DNA from: a virus
Length of the DNA: 64,000 nt
Virus record (IMG/VR): IMGVR_UViG_3300022602_000029
Span: 96,001-160,000 of that record
Direction: 5' to 3' (one strand)
The notes under the pieces are model-generated. The model was not told the origin of the DNA, searched no databases, and saw only the letters and a program-made list of their open reading frames with translations. Both the position numbers and the translations under genes were made by a program. Shown piece by piece: positions 1-9,187 of the stretch. Each line of letters starts with the position of its first letter. Position 1 is the first letter of the stretch.

Positions 1-257
1 CTTAATATCATCCATGCCGCGTACCACATCTTCTTAGTATGTTCTTCAGATACAGTCATTTTAGGAAGTAGCAAGTGACATAGTCTGTGCTCTCTTGCTG
101 TTAACTTTACTAAATTAGTCAAATCGTTTGACCCACCCAAACTTTTAGGTATAATATGATGATTCTCTGAGTAAATTTCTTTTGATAAATCTCTTGACCT
201 TGCTCGGTTAATAATGCTATTATAAACATTAGTATACTTGTTCTGTAAATATATCAT
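1..257 (-). CDS. HNH homing endonuclease (partial, runs off left edge; absent from ORF track)
   Basis: Manual translation MIYLQNKYTNVYNSIINRARSRDLSKEIYSENHHIIPKSLGGSNDLTNLVKLTAREHRLCHLLL; HHIIP..GG...N...L..REH motif; GAGGA RBS and TATAAATA (278-285) upstream. Confidence 0.85.
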   Translation of the reverse strand, partial: MIYLQNKYTNVYNSIINRARSRDLSKEIYSENHHIIPKSLGGSNDLTNLVKLTAREHRLCHLLLPKMTVSEEHTKKMWYAAWMIL

Positions 258-296
258 TTAATAGTTCCTCGTATACTTATTTATAGGAGAATTAAA

Positions 297-800
297 GTTC
301 AAATACTAACACTAGAAAACAAAACATTTTATCTCAATGATCTACCTGAGGAGATAGAAGAAGACATGAGGTTTGCTGTCTTAGATAACAGTGACGCTTC
401 TAATCCAGACTACTTCTACATACCTCTAATTTTCCTGGAGAGTTTTACTGGTCCAGCAGTGGTATTAAGGATTGGTAATAGAGAAGTAACAATGCCATTA
501 GATTGGTGTACCATCGTCGGAGATCCCGAAGGTCCTGACATGGAAGTGTTACCGATCACTAGTCTCAATGACAGAGGATTCAAAACTTTTTGTTTTAATC
601 CATTAGGTAGTTTTAGACCAGAATTCCATGAGATTGATATCATAAATGTCTATCCAGATGTCAAATGGTATTTTCCTAAGATGAGGCAAGGGCAGTTACT
701 CTGCACTCCTTTAGAACCGGGCGAGAATCCACTCTGTGCCTATTTCGTGAAAGAAGTCAGCAGACAAAGTGAATTGGTGGACTACACCAAATGCTGGTAA
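297..800 (+). CDS. conserved phage hypothetical protein (frame open upstream of the ATG at 366)
   Basis: ORF track 366..800; frame extends to VQILTLENKTFYLNDLPEEIEEDM; AGGAG at 285-289; start uncertain. Confidence 0.7.
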   Translation, partial: VQILTLENKTFYLNDLPEEIEEDMRFAVLDNSDASNPDYFYIPLIFLESFTGPAVVLRIGNREVTMPLDWCTIVGDPEGPDMEVLPITSLNDRGFKTFCFNPLGSFRPEFHEIDIINVYPDVKWYFPKMRQGQLLCTPLEPGENPLCAYFVKEVSRQSELVDYTKCW

Positions 801-1045
801 AACACAGCATAGAAATGGTGGTATTCCACTATGATGGTGGCAAACATGGTGCTTGGGCAAAACAAACAGATGGCTCAGGAACGGCGTATGGACACTACAA
901 TCGCACCGAATGGTGGCCTTGCGAAAATATCTTAGAACCTTTACAATATACTGAAGCATTAGAATTATCAGAGACTGTTCCTGCGCTAAAGATAGCTCTA
1001 GAGCAGGTATCTCTATTGTATAAACTCAGCAAGGAAGAAAAATGA
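791..1045 (+). CDS. hypothetical protein with C-terminal PALKIALEQ helix motif
   Basis: ORF track; overlaps neighbours in operon fashion. Confidence 0.7.
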   Translation: MLVKHSIEMVVFHYDGGKHGAWAKQTDGSGTAYGHYNRTEWWPCENILEPLQYTEALELSETVPALKIALEQVSLLYKLSKEEK

Positions 1046-1263
1046 GCAATGTGATGTACGGTGCTGGTCCTAGTTATGCCAAGGCAGGGCAAGTATTGAC
1101 AGCAGGCGGATGGAAAGATCTATCAGGAATTCCATTGAATGATTATCAACTTTGGAGAGAGATACAAGAAAACGCAGAAAAGACTCCATCACTTAAAATC
1201 GCATTACAAAATCTAATCAATCTACACAACTTAACTAAAGACCATGGCGACAGCGAAACTTGA
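1042..1263 (+). CDS. hypothetical protein, shares C-terminal motif with 791..1045
   Basis: ATGA overlap; PSLKIALQN motif. Confidence 0.7.
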   Translation: MSNVMYGAGPSYAKAGQVLTAGGWKDLSGIPLNDYQLWREIQENAEKTPSLKIALQNLINLHNLTKDHGDSET

Positions 1264-1708
1264 TATCAAACGTGAACTATCAGCGGTAGATAAGAAAAAC
1301 TACGAGTTCTATGACAAGCTAGAGGACGACGAAAAAAAGGCGTTCAGTCCATATATCTTGATGCGATACACTTCAAATGTACAGGGCGATAAAGATACAC
1401 AAGAATGGTTTTTAGAAATGACTAACGAACTGGTCAATAAAAATCACTGGACGTTGAGCAAAGATCATAAGCCATTGTTATGGAAACTATTCGCAGGAGT
1501 AGGCACCGGCGTAACAGCATTCCACCCATATCTAGCAGGTGGCAAAAAAGAAAAAGCAGTCAAGATAGAAAAACTATTGGCAGAATTATATCCAGCTAAG
1601 AAGATGGAAGACATTAAACTATTAGCTAGTTTAATGTCTAAGGAGGACAAGGAAGAATTATTCGATAAGATGGGGTTTGACAAGAAACAACGGAAGGAAT
1701 ATGAGTGA
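1244..1708 (+). CDS. putative clamp loader small subunit (T4 gp62-like)
   Basis: FSPYILMRY...NELVNKNHW..L.K.H..LLW pattern, size and replication context. Confidence 0.6.
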   Translation: MATAKLDIKRELSAVDKKNYEFYDKLEDDEKKAFSPYILMRYTSNVQGDKDTQEWFLEMTNELVNKNHWTLSKDHKPLLWKLFAGVGTGVTAFHPYLAGGKKEKAVKIEKLLAELYPAKKMEDIKLLASLMSKEDKEELFDKMGFDKKQRKEYE

Positions 1709-2400
1709 TAGCATTGGTTAATCAACCACACAACTGTGTTCACTGCGGCAAGAGTTTTATGCAGGAAAAAACTCTCTATGCTCACATGTGCGAAAATAAA
1801 AGAAGGGCCATGCAGAAAGATGAAAAACGAGTCCAGGCCGGTTATATGGCGTTTAATAGATTTTTTAGGCTCACTCAAAACGCAAAGAAAGATAAGACCT
1901 ATGAAGATTTTTGCAAGAGTCCTTATTATAATGCTTTTGTTAAATTTGGTAGTTTTGTTACTAATGTAAATCCGTTATACGCAGACAAGTTTATAGACTA
2001 TGTGATCAAGAGCGGAGTCAAACTAGATCATTGGGCGAGAGATGATTTATATGATACATATCTCTATGAGACTATTAAAACTGAACCAGTCGAAAGTGCT
2101 ATACAACGCAGTCTACAACATATGATGGAATGGGGAGATACTAGCGGAGCACAATTCAATCATTATTTTAACTATGTCAATCTCAATCGCGCTGTACAGG
2201 ATATACGGGGTGGCAAGATCACTCCCTGGCTGATATTAAACTGTCGATCAGGCAAAGAACTTTTAAATAAGTTTAACGATGAGCAGTTAGATATCATAGC
2301 ACCTGCTTTGGATCTACCCTACTGGTTAAAGAAGTTCAAACAGGTGCCTGCTGATGTCATATTGGTCAAAGAGATTTGCCAAGGAGCGGGAATAGAATGA
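1705..2400 (+). CDS. conserved phage protein with N-terminal C2H2-like zinc finger
   Basis: CVHCGKSF...LYAHMC; GTGA overlap with upstream gene. Confidence 0.75.
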   Translation: MIALVNQPHNCVHCGKSFMQEKTLYAHMCENKRRAMQKDEKRVQAGYMAFNRFFRLTQNAKKDKTYEDFCKSPYYNAFVKFGSFVTNVNPLYADKFIDYVIKSGVKLDHWARDDLYDTYLYETIKTEPVESAIQRSLQHMMEWGDTSGAQFNHYFNYVNLNRAVQDIRGGKITPWLILNCRSGKELLNKFNDEQLDIIAPALDLPYWLKKFKQVPADVILVKEICQGAGIE

Positions 2401-2798
2401 CTGAACAAGAAAAAGAAATATTAGAGCAGTGGACTGCGAGGCACAATGTCGCGATTCTAGATACTAATAAACGTGTATCGAGATATATGAGGTTACAGCC
2501 TAGATACTTCACAGATGATATCGACTACAATTACATAGATCAAAATCATATCCAACATCAAACTGAAACCCTATATACAGTAACCATACCAGAGAGCAGT
2601 CTACATCGTATCGCTGAATTTGAACAGCGTGTGTTCAACCGCATGATAAAAGATGGCAGTTACAATCTGTTTGAAATCATGATGGGACAGAAGGAGCGTG
2701 AGAAATATCTCGCTGAAAAATATCCAGCGGTCAAGAAAGCACAAGAACAATATAGCATGATACTTAAACTAGCAGAAAGCGGAGAACTCAGTGCCTGA
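2397..2798 (+). CDS. hypothetical protein
   Basis: ATGA overlap at 2397-2400 favours this start over 2376; C-terminal PAVKKAQEQ motif. Confidence 0.7.
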   Translation: MTEQEKEILEQWTARHNVAILDTNKRVSRYMRLQPRYFTDDIDYNYIDQNHIQHQTETLYTVTIPESSLHRIAEFEQRVFNRMIKDGSYNLFEIMMGQKEREKYLAEKYPAVKKAQEQYSMILKLAESGELSA

Positions 2799-3369
2799 TA
2801 TCGATATAGATTTTGCGGATAGGAATAAAGTGCTCGACATCATCAAACATATTCCTGCTTCTCTCGACGGAGCCAAGAAACACAACACAGGCGTCTACTG
2901 CCAAAGTATTCCTATTAATCCGTTAACAGGACAGGCTAACATAAACTACAAAGAAGCAGAAGAAAGAGGTTATTTCAAGATCGATTTCTTAAATGTTAGT
3001 GCCTATGAAGGTATCAAAAATGAAGAACATATCAAAGAATTATTATCTATAGAACCTCTTTGGGATTTGATGTATGAGAAAGAAGTTTGTGATCAACTAT
3101 TCCACGTCAACGGCTATCATGTTCTATTAGCCAGGCTTAGACCCAAGACTATATTAGATCTAGCAACAGTGCTGGCACTCATAAGACCGGGCAAACGTCA
3201 CTTGATAGATCAGTGTGCCCAGGATGGATTCGATAGCATACAAGAGGAAGTGTGGTCCCAAACTGACGAAGGGTATAGTTTTAAAAAGAGTCATGCTGTA
3301 GGCTATGCCCACGTGATTGCTATGCAGTTAAATTTGATTTGCGAGCGTGTCAGTTACGGGTTTTCTTAG
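2791..3369 (+). CDS. miniature DNA polymerase III alpha (DnaE)-like catalytic-core protein
   Basis: PDIDIDF, KHNTGVY, KIDFL, LALIRPG, GYSFKKSHA match DnaE palm/fingers motifs in order; only 192 aa. Confidence 0.8.
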   Translation: MPDIDIDFADRNKVLDIIKHIPASLDGAKKHNTGVYCQSIPINPLTGQANINYKEAEERGYFKIDFLNVSAYEGIKNEEHIKELLSIEPLWDLMYEKEVCDQLFHVNGYHVLLARLRPKTILDLATVLALIRPGKRHLIDQCAQDGFDSIQEEVWSQTDEGYSFKKSHAVGYAHVIAMQLNLICERVSYGFS

Positions 3370-3733
3370 AAGACCTTACTAGTTGTATCGATCTTCGTTT
3401 TATGCGTTTTTCGGCTATATCGCCGAGATTTACAGTGGGTCCAAAAATTATTTCTATATCTTTGCTATTGAATGTTTTGATGTAGGGCCTATAAGAGATC
3501 AACATATCTTTTAAGAAAATATTGATAGGGATCTTGCGATTTGATTCCCACCACCAAGTTTCTCCAAGTTCTAGAAATACCTGCTTTTCTTCATCAGATT
3601 TCATGCACTCAAGGTCGTAGATGCTGGTCACGAATTCATCATAGTTGATGATTATACCGACATATTCTATTTCATTTGACTTAATGCACGTAATAAATGG
3701 GAGTTTGTCCTGTATGGTGTTCTTGATTGTCAT
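3350..3733 (-). CDS. conserved phage hypothetical protein
   Basis: ORF track; WWWESNRKIPINIFL motif. Confidence 0.7.
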   Translation of the reverse strand: MTIKNTIQDKLPFITCIKSNEIEYVGIIINYDEFVTSIYDLECMKSDEEKQVFLELGETWWWESNRKIPINIFLKDMLISYRPYIKTFNSKDIEIIFGPTVNLGDIAEKRIKRRSIQLVRSSKKTRN

Positions 3734-3752
3734 GAGTTAAAATAAATACTTA

Positions 3753-4610
3753 ATGCTAAAATGCCCAGTCTATTTATACCCCAATTCATTTACCATAATA
3801 TTGGATTTGGACCTGAACACGAGGATTTACAATAATATGTACCAACGAGAAATACAACTGCAAAAGGGTCTGAAAAACACCATTCAGTTCCAGTTTAAAA
3901 ACAGTGATCAAAAGTTTGTTAACATATCCACTGGTACATTCGTTTTTAATATGTTTGATGCTATAAATCAAAGGCAACTGGTTTCTAGGGTATTAGATGT
4001 AGTAGATGACGGCGTAACAACCTCTACTAGAGGACTAGCTACTCTAACAATATACGACGGAGATACTGTAGATCTAGACAATGGAAAATATCAGTTTTCA
4101 GTATCTGCTTACGATAGCGATGGTAGTTACGAGCCCACTTATGCCAATACCTATTATGCTATGGCAGGTACTCTCGAGCTACGTAGCGACGGATATCCTA
4201 CACTTCAACAGAGCTATGAAGTATTTGATTTCCAACCAGAGTTCGATTACACACAGAGCCTTTATCTCTACTACAGCGGCAATATTCCTAGCCATCCGGA
4301 ATTCGCAGGCAACACGGCCCTCCATACTGTCAGCTATCATATGACTGGGTATCGTGGACAGGTCTGGGTGGAAGGTACCCAAGATAATAGCCCTAACTAT
4401 TTTTCAGGATTTGTAGAGATAGATGGGACAAGAAAAACATACGGTCAAGGTCTAGTTGGTTTTACTGGAAACGACTATCAAAACTTTTATGGGGTATGGA
4501 GTTATATTAGGATAATCTATCAACCGACGCCAAACCCGATCAACATGAGCAACGATTACTTATCTATATCTTATCGCGGTACATTTGACAAAGCTATCTA
4601 TAGATATTAA
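3753..4610 (+). CDS. putative virion structural protein (beta-rich)
   Basis: Late-type AATAAATA at 3741-3748; beta-strand-rich, Tyr/Thr/Gly-rich sequence; function inferred. Confidence 0.55.
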   Translation: MLKCPVYLYPNSFTIILDLDLNTRIYNNMYQREIQLQKGLKNTIQFQFKNSDQKFVNISTGTFVFNMFDAINQRQLVSRVLDVVDDGVTTSTRGLATLTIYDGDTVDLDNGKYQFSVSAYDSDGSYEPTYANTYYAMAGTLELRSDGYPTLQQSYEVFDFQPEFDYTQSLYLYYSGNIPSHPEFAGNTALHTVSYHMTGYRGQVWVEGTQDNSPNYFSGFVEIDGTRKTYGQGLVGFTGNDYQNFYGVWSYIRIIYQPTPNPINMSNDYLSISYRGTFDKAIYRY

Positions 4611-4613
4611 ACT
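4585..4613 (+). promoter_or_regulatory. sigma70-type promoter of primase
   Basis: TTGACA-17-TAAACT; ATG 6 nt after the -10. Confidence 0.75.
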
Positions 4614-4619
4614 AGTAGC

Positions 4620-5618
4620 ATGAGTCTCATGCTACAGGCACTACAAGCCGTATTACCTCCAAATCGAAAACAAACGCCATCAGGGTGGATTAGTTTTGAT
4701 GCTCCCTGTTGCCATTATAGAGGAGAGACCAAAGACGACCGTAAGCGCGGTGGAGTCATGATTACCGGCGATGCGTTTACCTATCATTGTTTCAACTGTA
4801 ACTTCAAGGCAGGTTGGAGCCCTGGTAAAATACTAAGCAACAACACAAGGAAGTTATTCAGCTGGATGGGTGTTCCAGAAAGCGAGATAACACACTTGGC
4901 CATGGAAGCTGTCAAGGCACAAGACGCCATTCCTAGGTTGAAAAAAGAACTCAGTTTTGAACTCAAAGAAGTAGAGTTACCGGAAGCCGCTATGACCATA
5001 ACAGAGTGGCTCAATACGCCATACCTACCAGACATAGCAGAAGATCTAGGTAAGGTAGTAGACTATGTATTAAGCAGAGGAATGGCCTTAGAATGGTATG
5101 ATTGGATGTGGAGTCCTGCCCCGGGATACATCGATCGCGTGATCATACCGTTCTATCAAGACTATAAGCTAGTAGGATATACCGCACGTAAGATCACAGA
5201 TGGCAAGCCTAGATATCTGGCGCATAGCCAACCTGGATATGTGTTCAATCTCACAAGGCAACCGCTAGGAAGAAAGTATACTGTAGTAGTAGAAGGACAC
5301 TTTGATGCTATCGCTATAGACGGAGTATGTATAGGACACAATGATCCAAATGAAACACAGATAGCCCGCATCAATACATTGAATAAAGAAATCATCGTAG
5401 TGCCAGACAGAGATCGAGCTGGATCTAAGATGCTAAAATCGGCGGTAGATAACGGATGGAGCGCCAGCCTTCCACCTTGGGGAGATGACGTAAAGGATGT
5501 AGCTGACGCAGTGAAGAAATATGGTAGACTATATGTCTTAGCCACTATCCTACACTACAGGACAGACAACAAGCTAAAAATACAAGTAATGAAAAAGAAA
5601 CTAGAAGGAATGGGATGA
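4620..5618 (+). CDS. DNA primase (Zn finger + TOPRIM, gp61/DnaG-like)
   Basis: APCC...YHCFNC Zn motif; VVVEGHFDAIAIDG and PDRDRAG TOPRIM motifs. Confidence 0.92.
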   Translation: MSLMLQALQAVLPPNRKQTPSGWISFDAPCCHYRGETKDDRKRGGVMITGDAFTYHCFNCNFKAGWSPGKILSNNTRKLFSWMGVPESEITHLAMEAVKAQDAIPRLKKELSFELKEVELPEAAMTITEWLNTPYLPDIAEDLGKVVDYVLSRGMALEWYDWMWSPAPGYIDRVIIPFYQDYKLVGYTARKITDGKPRYLAHSQPGYVFNLTRQPLGRKYTVVVEGHFDAIAIDGVCIGHNDPNETQIARINTLNKEIIVVPDRDRAGSKMLKSAVDNGWSASLPPWGDDVKDVADAVKKYGRLYVLATILHYRTDNKLKIQVMKKKLEGMG

Positions 5619-7066
5619 TAAAACAAGACAAAGAAAAACCTAACTATGATTATGAGATACAGAAACTATACCTGGAAATGTTTCTCAGCGATGCTGAAAC
5701 TTTTAGCCGTTGCCAGAGCATATTCGACCCTGAAAATTTCGACCAAAAACTGAGAGAGACAGCGGAGTTTATCACACGGTATGTAGACGAATATAAAGTG
5801 ATTCCAGACGTTACTATCGTCAACGCCAGCTGTAAAAGAGAACTACAGACAGTGAGCTTACCACAACAAAACTATGAATGGCTCAAGGACGAATTTGAAC
5901 AATTTTCTCGACACAAGGCCCTAGAACGTGCTATCATGAAGAGTTTTGATCTGTTAGAAAACGGCGAGTACGGCCCGGTGGAAAAGCTGGTCAAAGACGC
6001 TATACAGGTCAGTTTGACCAAAGATATGGGTACAGATTACTTTGAAGATCCCAAGGCTAGGCTGACGGCACTGAAAGACGGAAATGGTCAAATTTCCACC
6101 GGTTGGCCCAGCATAGACAAGAAATTATACGGTGGCTTCAATCGCGGAGAATTGAATATTTTCTGCGCTGGATCAGGAGGCGGTAAGAGCTTGTTCCTAG
6201 CCAACATGGGCGTAAACTGGGCTCTACAGGGCTTGAATGTGCTTTACTTAACTTTTGAATTGAGCGAAAAATTAGTGGCCATGAGGCTGGATTCTATGGT
6301 CACCGGCATCACTACACGTGAGATTTTCAAAAGCATAGATGATGTAGAATTAAAGGTTAAAATGGTGGGAAAACAGGCGGGAAGCATACAGATCAAGTAT
6401 ATGCCCTCAGGAAAAAATTGTAACGATATTCGGTCGTATTTGAAGGAATATCAGGTCAAAAAAGGCCTAAAACCTGACGTAATTTTAATAGATTACCTGG
6501 ATTTAATGATGCCACTAAATGTGAAGGTATCGCCCAGTGATCTGTTTGTTAAAGACAAATATGTGTCAGAAGAGATAAGAAACTTGGCCATGGAAACCCA
6601 GTGCATCACGGTAACCGCTAGCCAGTTAAACAGGGCCGCAGTTGAAGAAATCGAGTTTGATCACAGCCATATTTCCGGTGGATTATCAAAGATCATGACA
6701 GCGGATAATGTCATCGGTATCTTTACCAGCCGTGCCATGCGTGAGCGGGGACGCTATCAGATACAGTTCATGAAGACCAGATCCAGCAGTGGTGTTGGAC
6801 AGAAGGTCGATCTAGAGTTCAATGTAGAAACCCTGCGCATATCAGACCTAGGAGAAGAAGGTGATGCTCCAAATCAATCACAGGGAGCCAGCCGTGCGCC
6901 ATCTAGCGTCTATGCGGGATTGAAGCGTACCAGTACCGTCGGCACAGATCCTGAAACTGGAGAAGTAGATCCCACGCAGGGTGCCAACGCACCCAAGATA
7001 CGTGCTGAAGCGGGCAGTGCCGCTATACGCAAGATGTTGGCATCGCTCAACAACGAGCGTGATTAG
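5615..7066 (+). CDS. replicative DNA helicase (DnaB/gp41-like)
   Basis: Walker A AGSGGGKS, LIDYLDL, ASQLNR, KTRSS motifs. Confidence 0.95.
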   Translation: MIKQDKEKPNYDYEIQKLYLEMFLSDAETFSRCQSIFDPENFDQKLRETAEFITRYVDEYKVIPDVTIVNASCKRELQTVSLPQQNYEWLKDEFEQFSRHKALERAIMKSFDLLENGEYGPVEKLVKDAIQVSLTKDMGTDYFEDPKARLTALKDGNGQISTGWPSIDKKLYGGFNRGELNIFCAGSGGGKSLFLANMGVNWALQGLNVLYLTFELSEKLVAMRLDSMVTGITTREIFKSIDDVELKVKMVGKQAGSIQIKYMPSGKNCNDIRSYLKEYQVKKGLKPDVILIDYLDLMMPLNVKVSPSDLFVKDKYVSEEIRNLAMETQCITVTASQLNRAAVEEIEFDHSHISGGLSKIMTADNVIGIFTSRAMRERGRYQIQFMKTRSSSGVGQKVDLEFNVETLRISDLGEEGDAPNQSQGASRAPSSVYAGLKRTSTVGTDPETGEVDPTQGANAPKIRAEAGSAAIRKMLASLNNERD

Positions 7067-7629
7067 AACCAGCTGGCTATTTCTTTGCGGCCCGCTAGCT
7101 CTATGCCATTGAGCCACTGCTGATCGCCCGAGCCACCGAATACCGTGTTGACTTCAGCGGGCACCGTGAGCCATCTATGCCCATCGCTCCAGGGATGCTC
7201 TCCGCTCATCTCACCTTCTAGCTCTCCAGGGCCTAGGATGCGCTGGCCCACTACGCAACGCCAGGCCCTAGGACCCTCGTTGGTGGCTATGGCGGCCAAT
7301 ATGCTGGTCTCGTTGGTGATACCGATCTCGTCCGTGATCTGGCGTGTGTTGGCCACGGCCCAATCCATCGTGTGCACGATCTGCACACGGTTCTGTTCCA
7401 TGGGCCCGCCGTAGTAGGCCAAGCCCTTCCATTCGCTGCACTGTATGCCCGCGTTTTCCAGCACAGCCGTGACCGGTACTTGGTTCTGGCTGGGCTTGTT
7501 GATGACCACCATGCTGGAGCCCGCATCCCAGTGGCTAGTTACCAGGATCAGGCTCCTGTGGTAGTCAGTGTGATAGGTATTGGGTATAGCTACTAGTAGC
7601 TGTCCCACTAGATTCTTGCCTGTCTTCAT
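7063..7629 (-). CDS. yqgE: YqgE/AlgH family protein
   Basis: GQLLVA.P...RSLIL..H...G....VINKP, YYGGPM, G.LEGEM...WL..PA motifs. Confidence 0.85.
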   Translation of the reverse strand: MKTGKNLVGQLLVAIPNTYHTDYHRSLILVTSHWDAGSSMVVINKPSQNQVPVTAVLENAGIQCSEWKGLAYYGGPMEQNRVQIVHTMDWAVANTRQITDEIGITNETSILAAIATNEGPRAWRCVVGQRILGPGELEGEMSGEHPWSDGHRWLTVPAEVNTVFGGSGDQQWLNGIELAGRKEIASWF

Positions 7630-7634
7630 AACAG

Positions 7635-7651
7635 TATTTATAGGTTAAATA
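7635..7651. promoter_or_regulatory. divergent T4-late-type promoters
   Basis: TATAAATA on minus (7635-7642) and TTAAATA on plus (7645-7651), each 5 nt from an ATG. Confidence 0.7.
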
Positions 7652-7656
7652 CTCTC

Positions 7657-8346
7657 ATGAACATAAGAGAATTCACACCGGGTGTAGAACTACATGACGA
7701 ACTCAACCCAAAGATCTGGGCGGGCGAAGAGCTCAAGCCCGAAGTAAGGTTGGCCCTGGAGCACATAGCACACAAGTTCATACTGTTCCTGGGCTTCCCG
7801 GTCAGGGTAGAAGATGTCATAATAACCGGTAGCCAGACCGCCTACACCTACACGGCAGCATCGGACATAGATCTACACGTGATAGTGGCCTTCAGCAATA
7901 TCCAGTGCGATCAACCCGTGCAGGAGCTGTTCGACACCAAACGCCAGCTGTGGAAAGCGGAACACGACATAGACATCTACGGTATACCAGTGGAATGCTA
8001 TGTAGAGGACACGGCCCGCCCGGTAGAAGGCCACAGCTACAGCATAGAACGCGATCAGTGGCTACATCGGCCTAGGCCTCTCAAGACACACGCCCTGCCC
8101 CCTGATGTTATAGCTAAAACCACAGCTTGGACACAGCAGATACGTGCGGCCATAGCCAGCAGGAACTTGGCTGTGATCGCCAAGACCAAGGCCATGCTGA
8201 AAGACTATAGGGCCCGGGGCCTGGGCAGGGAAGGTGAGATGGGCACGGCCAATCTGGTGTTCAAGACCTTAAGGAACAATGGCGTCATACACGACCTAAT
8301 GAAGAGCCTGAGACATTTGGAAGATCGCAAGCTGAGTCGCCGTTGA
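7657..8346 (+). CDS. Pol-beta superfamily nucleotidyltransferase
   Basis: ITGS...Y....SDIDLHV (GS..DxD) and downstream VECYVED. Confidence 0.85.
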   Translation: MNIREFTPGVELHDELNPKIWAGEELKPEVRLALEHIAHKFILFLGFPVRVEDVIITGSQTAYTYTAASDIDLHVIVAFSNIQCDQPVQELFDTKRQLWKAEHDIDIYGIPVECYVEDTARPVEGHSYSIERDQWLHRPRPLKTHALPPDVIAKTTAWTQQIRAAIASRNLAVIAKTKAMLKDYRARGLGREGEMGTANLVFKTLRNNGVIHDLMKSLRHLEDRKLSRR

Positions 8347-8371
8347 CCCTAGCCAAATATCCCAGTATACT
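8343..8371 (+). promoter_or_regulatory. sigma70-type promoter of NT5C gene
   Basis: TTGACC-17-TATACT; ATG 6 nt after the -10. Confidence 0.75.
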
Positions 8372-8377
8372 AGTAGT

Positions 8378-8881
8378 ATGAAAACACTATATCTAGACAT
8401 GGATGGCGTAGTAGCCGACTGGGAAACCGCCGCCCGCAGGTTCATGGACAACCGACAGGTGCCCGATATCAATGGCCGCTGGCCCGACGGTGAATGGCAC
8501 AAGATCCGCGACAACAGGCACTTCTATAGAGATCTGCCTACCATGCCCGGAGCTGAAGACTTGATCACACTGGCACGACAGTTCCGAGACCAAGGGGGCT
8601 GGAGGCTCTGTATGCTGACCGCCATACCACACAACAATGACATGCCCGATGTTTACCACGACAAGATCGATTGGATGCGGGATCGCTGGCCCGAGATACG
8701 TGTGCACTTTGGCCCCTACTCACATGACAAACAGGTGCACTGCCAACCAGGTGATATATTGGTGGACGATCGCCCCTCCAACATAGCAGAATGGCAGGCC
8801 AAAGGTGGCGTTGGAATCGAAGTTAAAAACAGGGATCTGGCTTCAGCCATAGAAATACTGAGGAGCCGCTTCAGGGCGTAG
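8378..8881 (+). CDS. 5'(3')-deoxyribonucleotidase, HAD/NT5C family
   Basis: LYLDMDGVVADW, LTA, K, LVDDRPSN HAD motifs. Confidence 0.9.
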   Translation: MKTLYLDMDGVVADWETAARRFMDNRQVPDINGRWPDGEWHKIRDNRHFYRDLPTMPGAEDLITLARQFRDQGGWRLCMLTAIPHNNDMPDVYHDKIDWMRDRWPEIRVHFGPYSHDKQVHCQPGDILVDDRPSNIAEWQAKGGVGIEVKNRDLASAIEILRSRFRA

Positions 8882-8963
8882 AGAGCCCAACAAGCGCGAA
8901 GCGCGAGCGGTAAAAAAGATTTTTTCACTATCTGATTAAATACTGTGTTAAAGGAGATGAGGA

Positions 8964-9056
8964 ATGTTAGAGTTCTTTGCCGTGAGCCTAGTGGGTTTGG
9001 CCCTGCTGATCTTATTCATCGCTATCTTTAGATACTTTAGTGGAGATGATCAATGA
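8964..9056 (+). CDS. 30-aa membrane peptide
   Basis: GAGGA RBS; MLEFFAVSLVGLALLILFIAIFRYFSGDDQ; coupled to next ORF by ATGA. Confidence 0.55.
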   Translation: MLEFFAVSLVGLALLILFIAIFRYFSGDDQ

Positions 9057-9187
9057 GATTCTGGAAAGTGACCTATCTGTTAGGCGACAGCGAAAATACC
9101 ACAGTGATAAGGGCCCTAAATCGTGCTATGATAGAACGTAGCATACCATCAGATTGGCGGATCGTAGGAGTAGAAGAAATAAGATGA
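9053..9187 (+). CDS. 44-aa hypothetical protein
   Basis: MRFWKVTYLLGDSENTTVIRALNRAMIERSIPSDWRIVGVEEIR; ATGA overlaps at both ends. Confidence 0.55.
   Translation: MRFWKVTYLLGDSENTTVIRALNRAMIERSIPSDWRIVGVEEIR

Noticed and set aside
4620-7066. Inteins or introns in primase, helicase or ligase
   Set aside because: Lengths are normal and motifs contiguous; no splice or endonuclease insert seen
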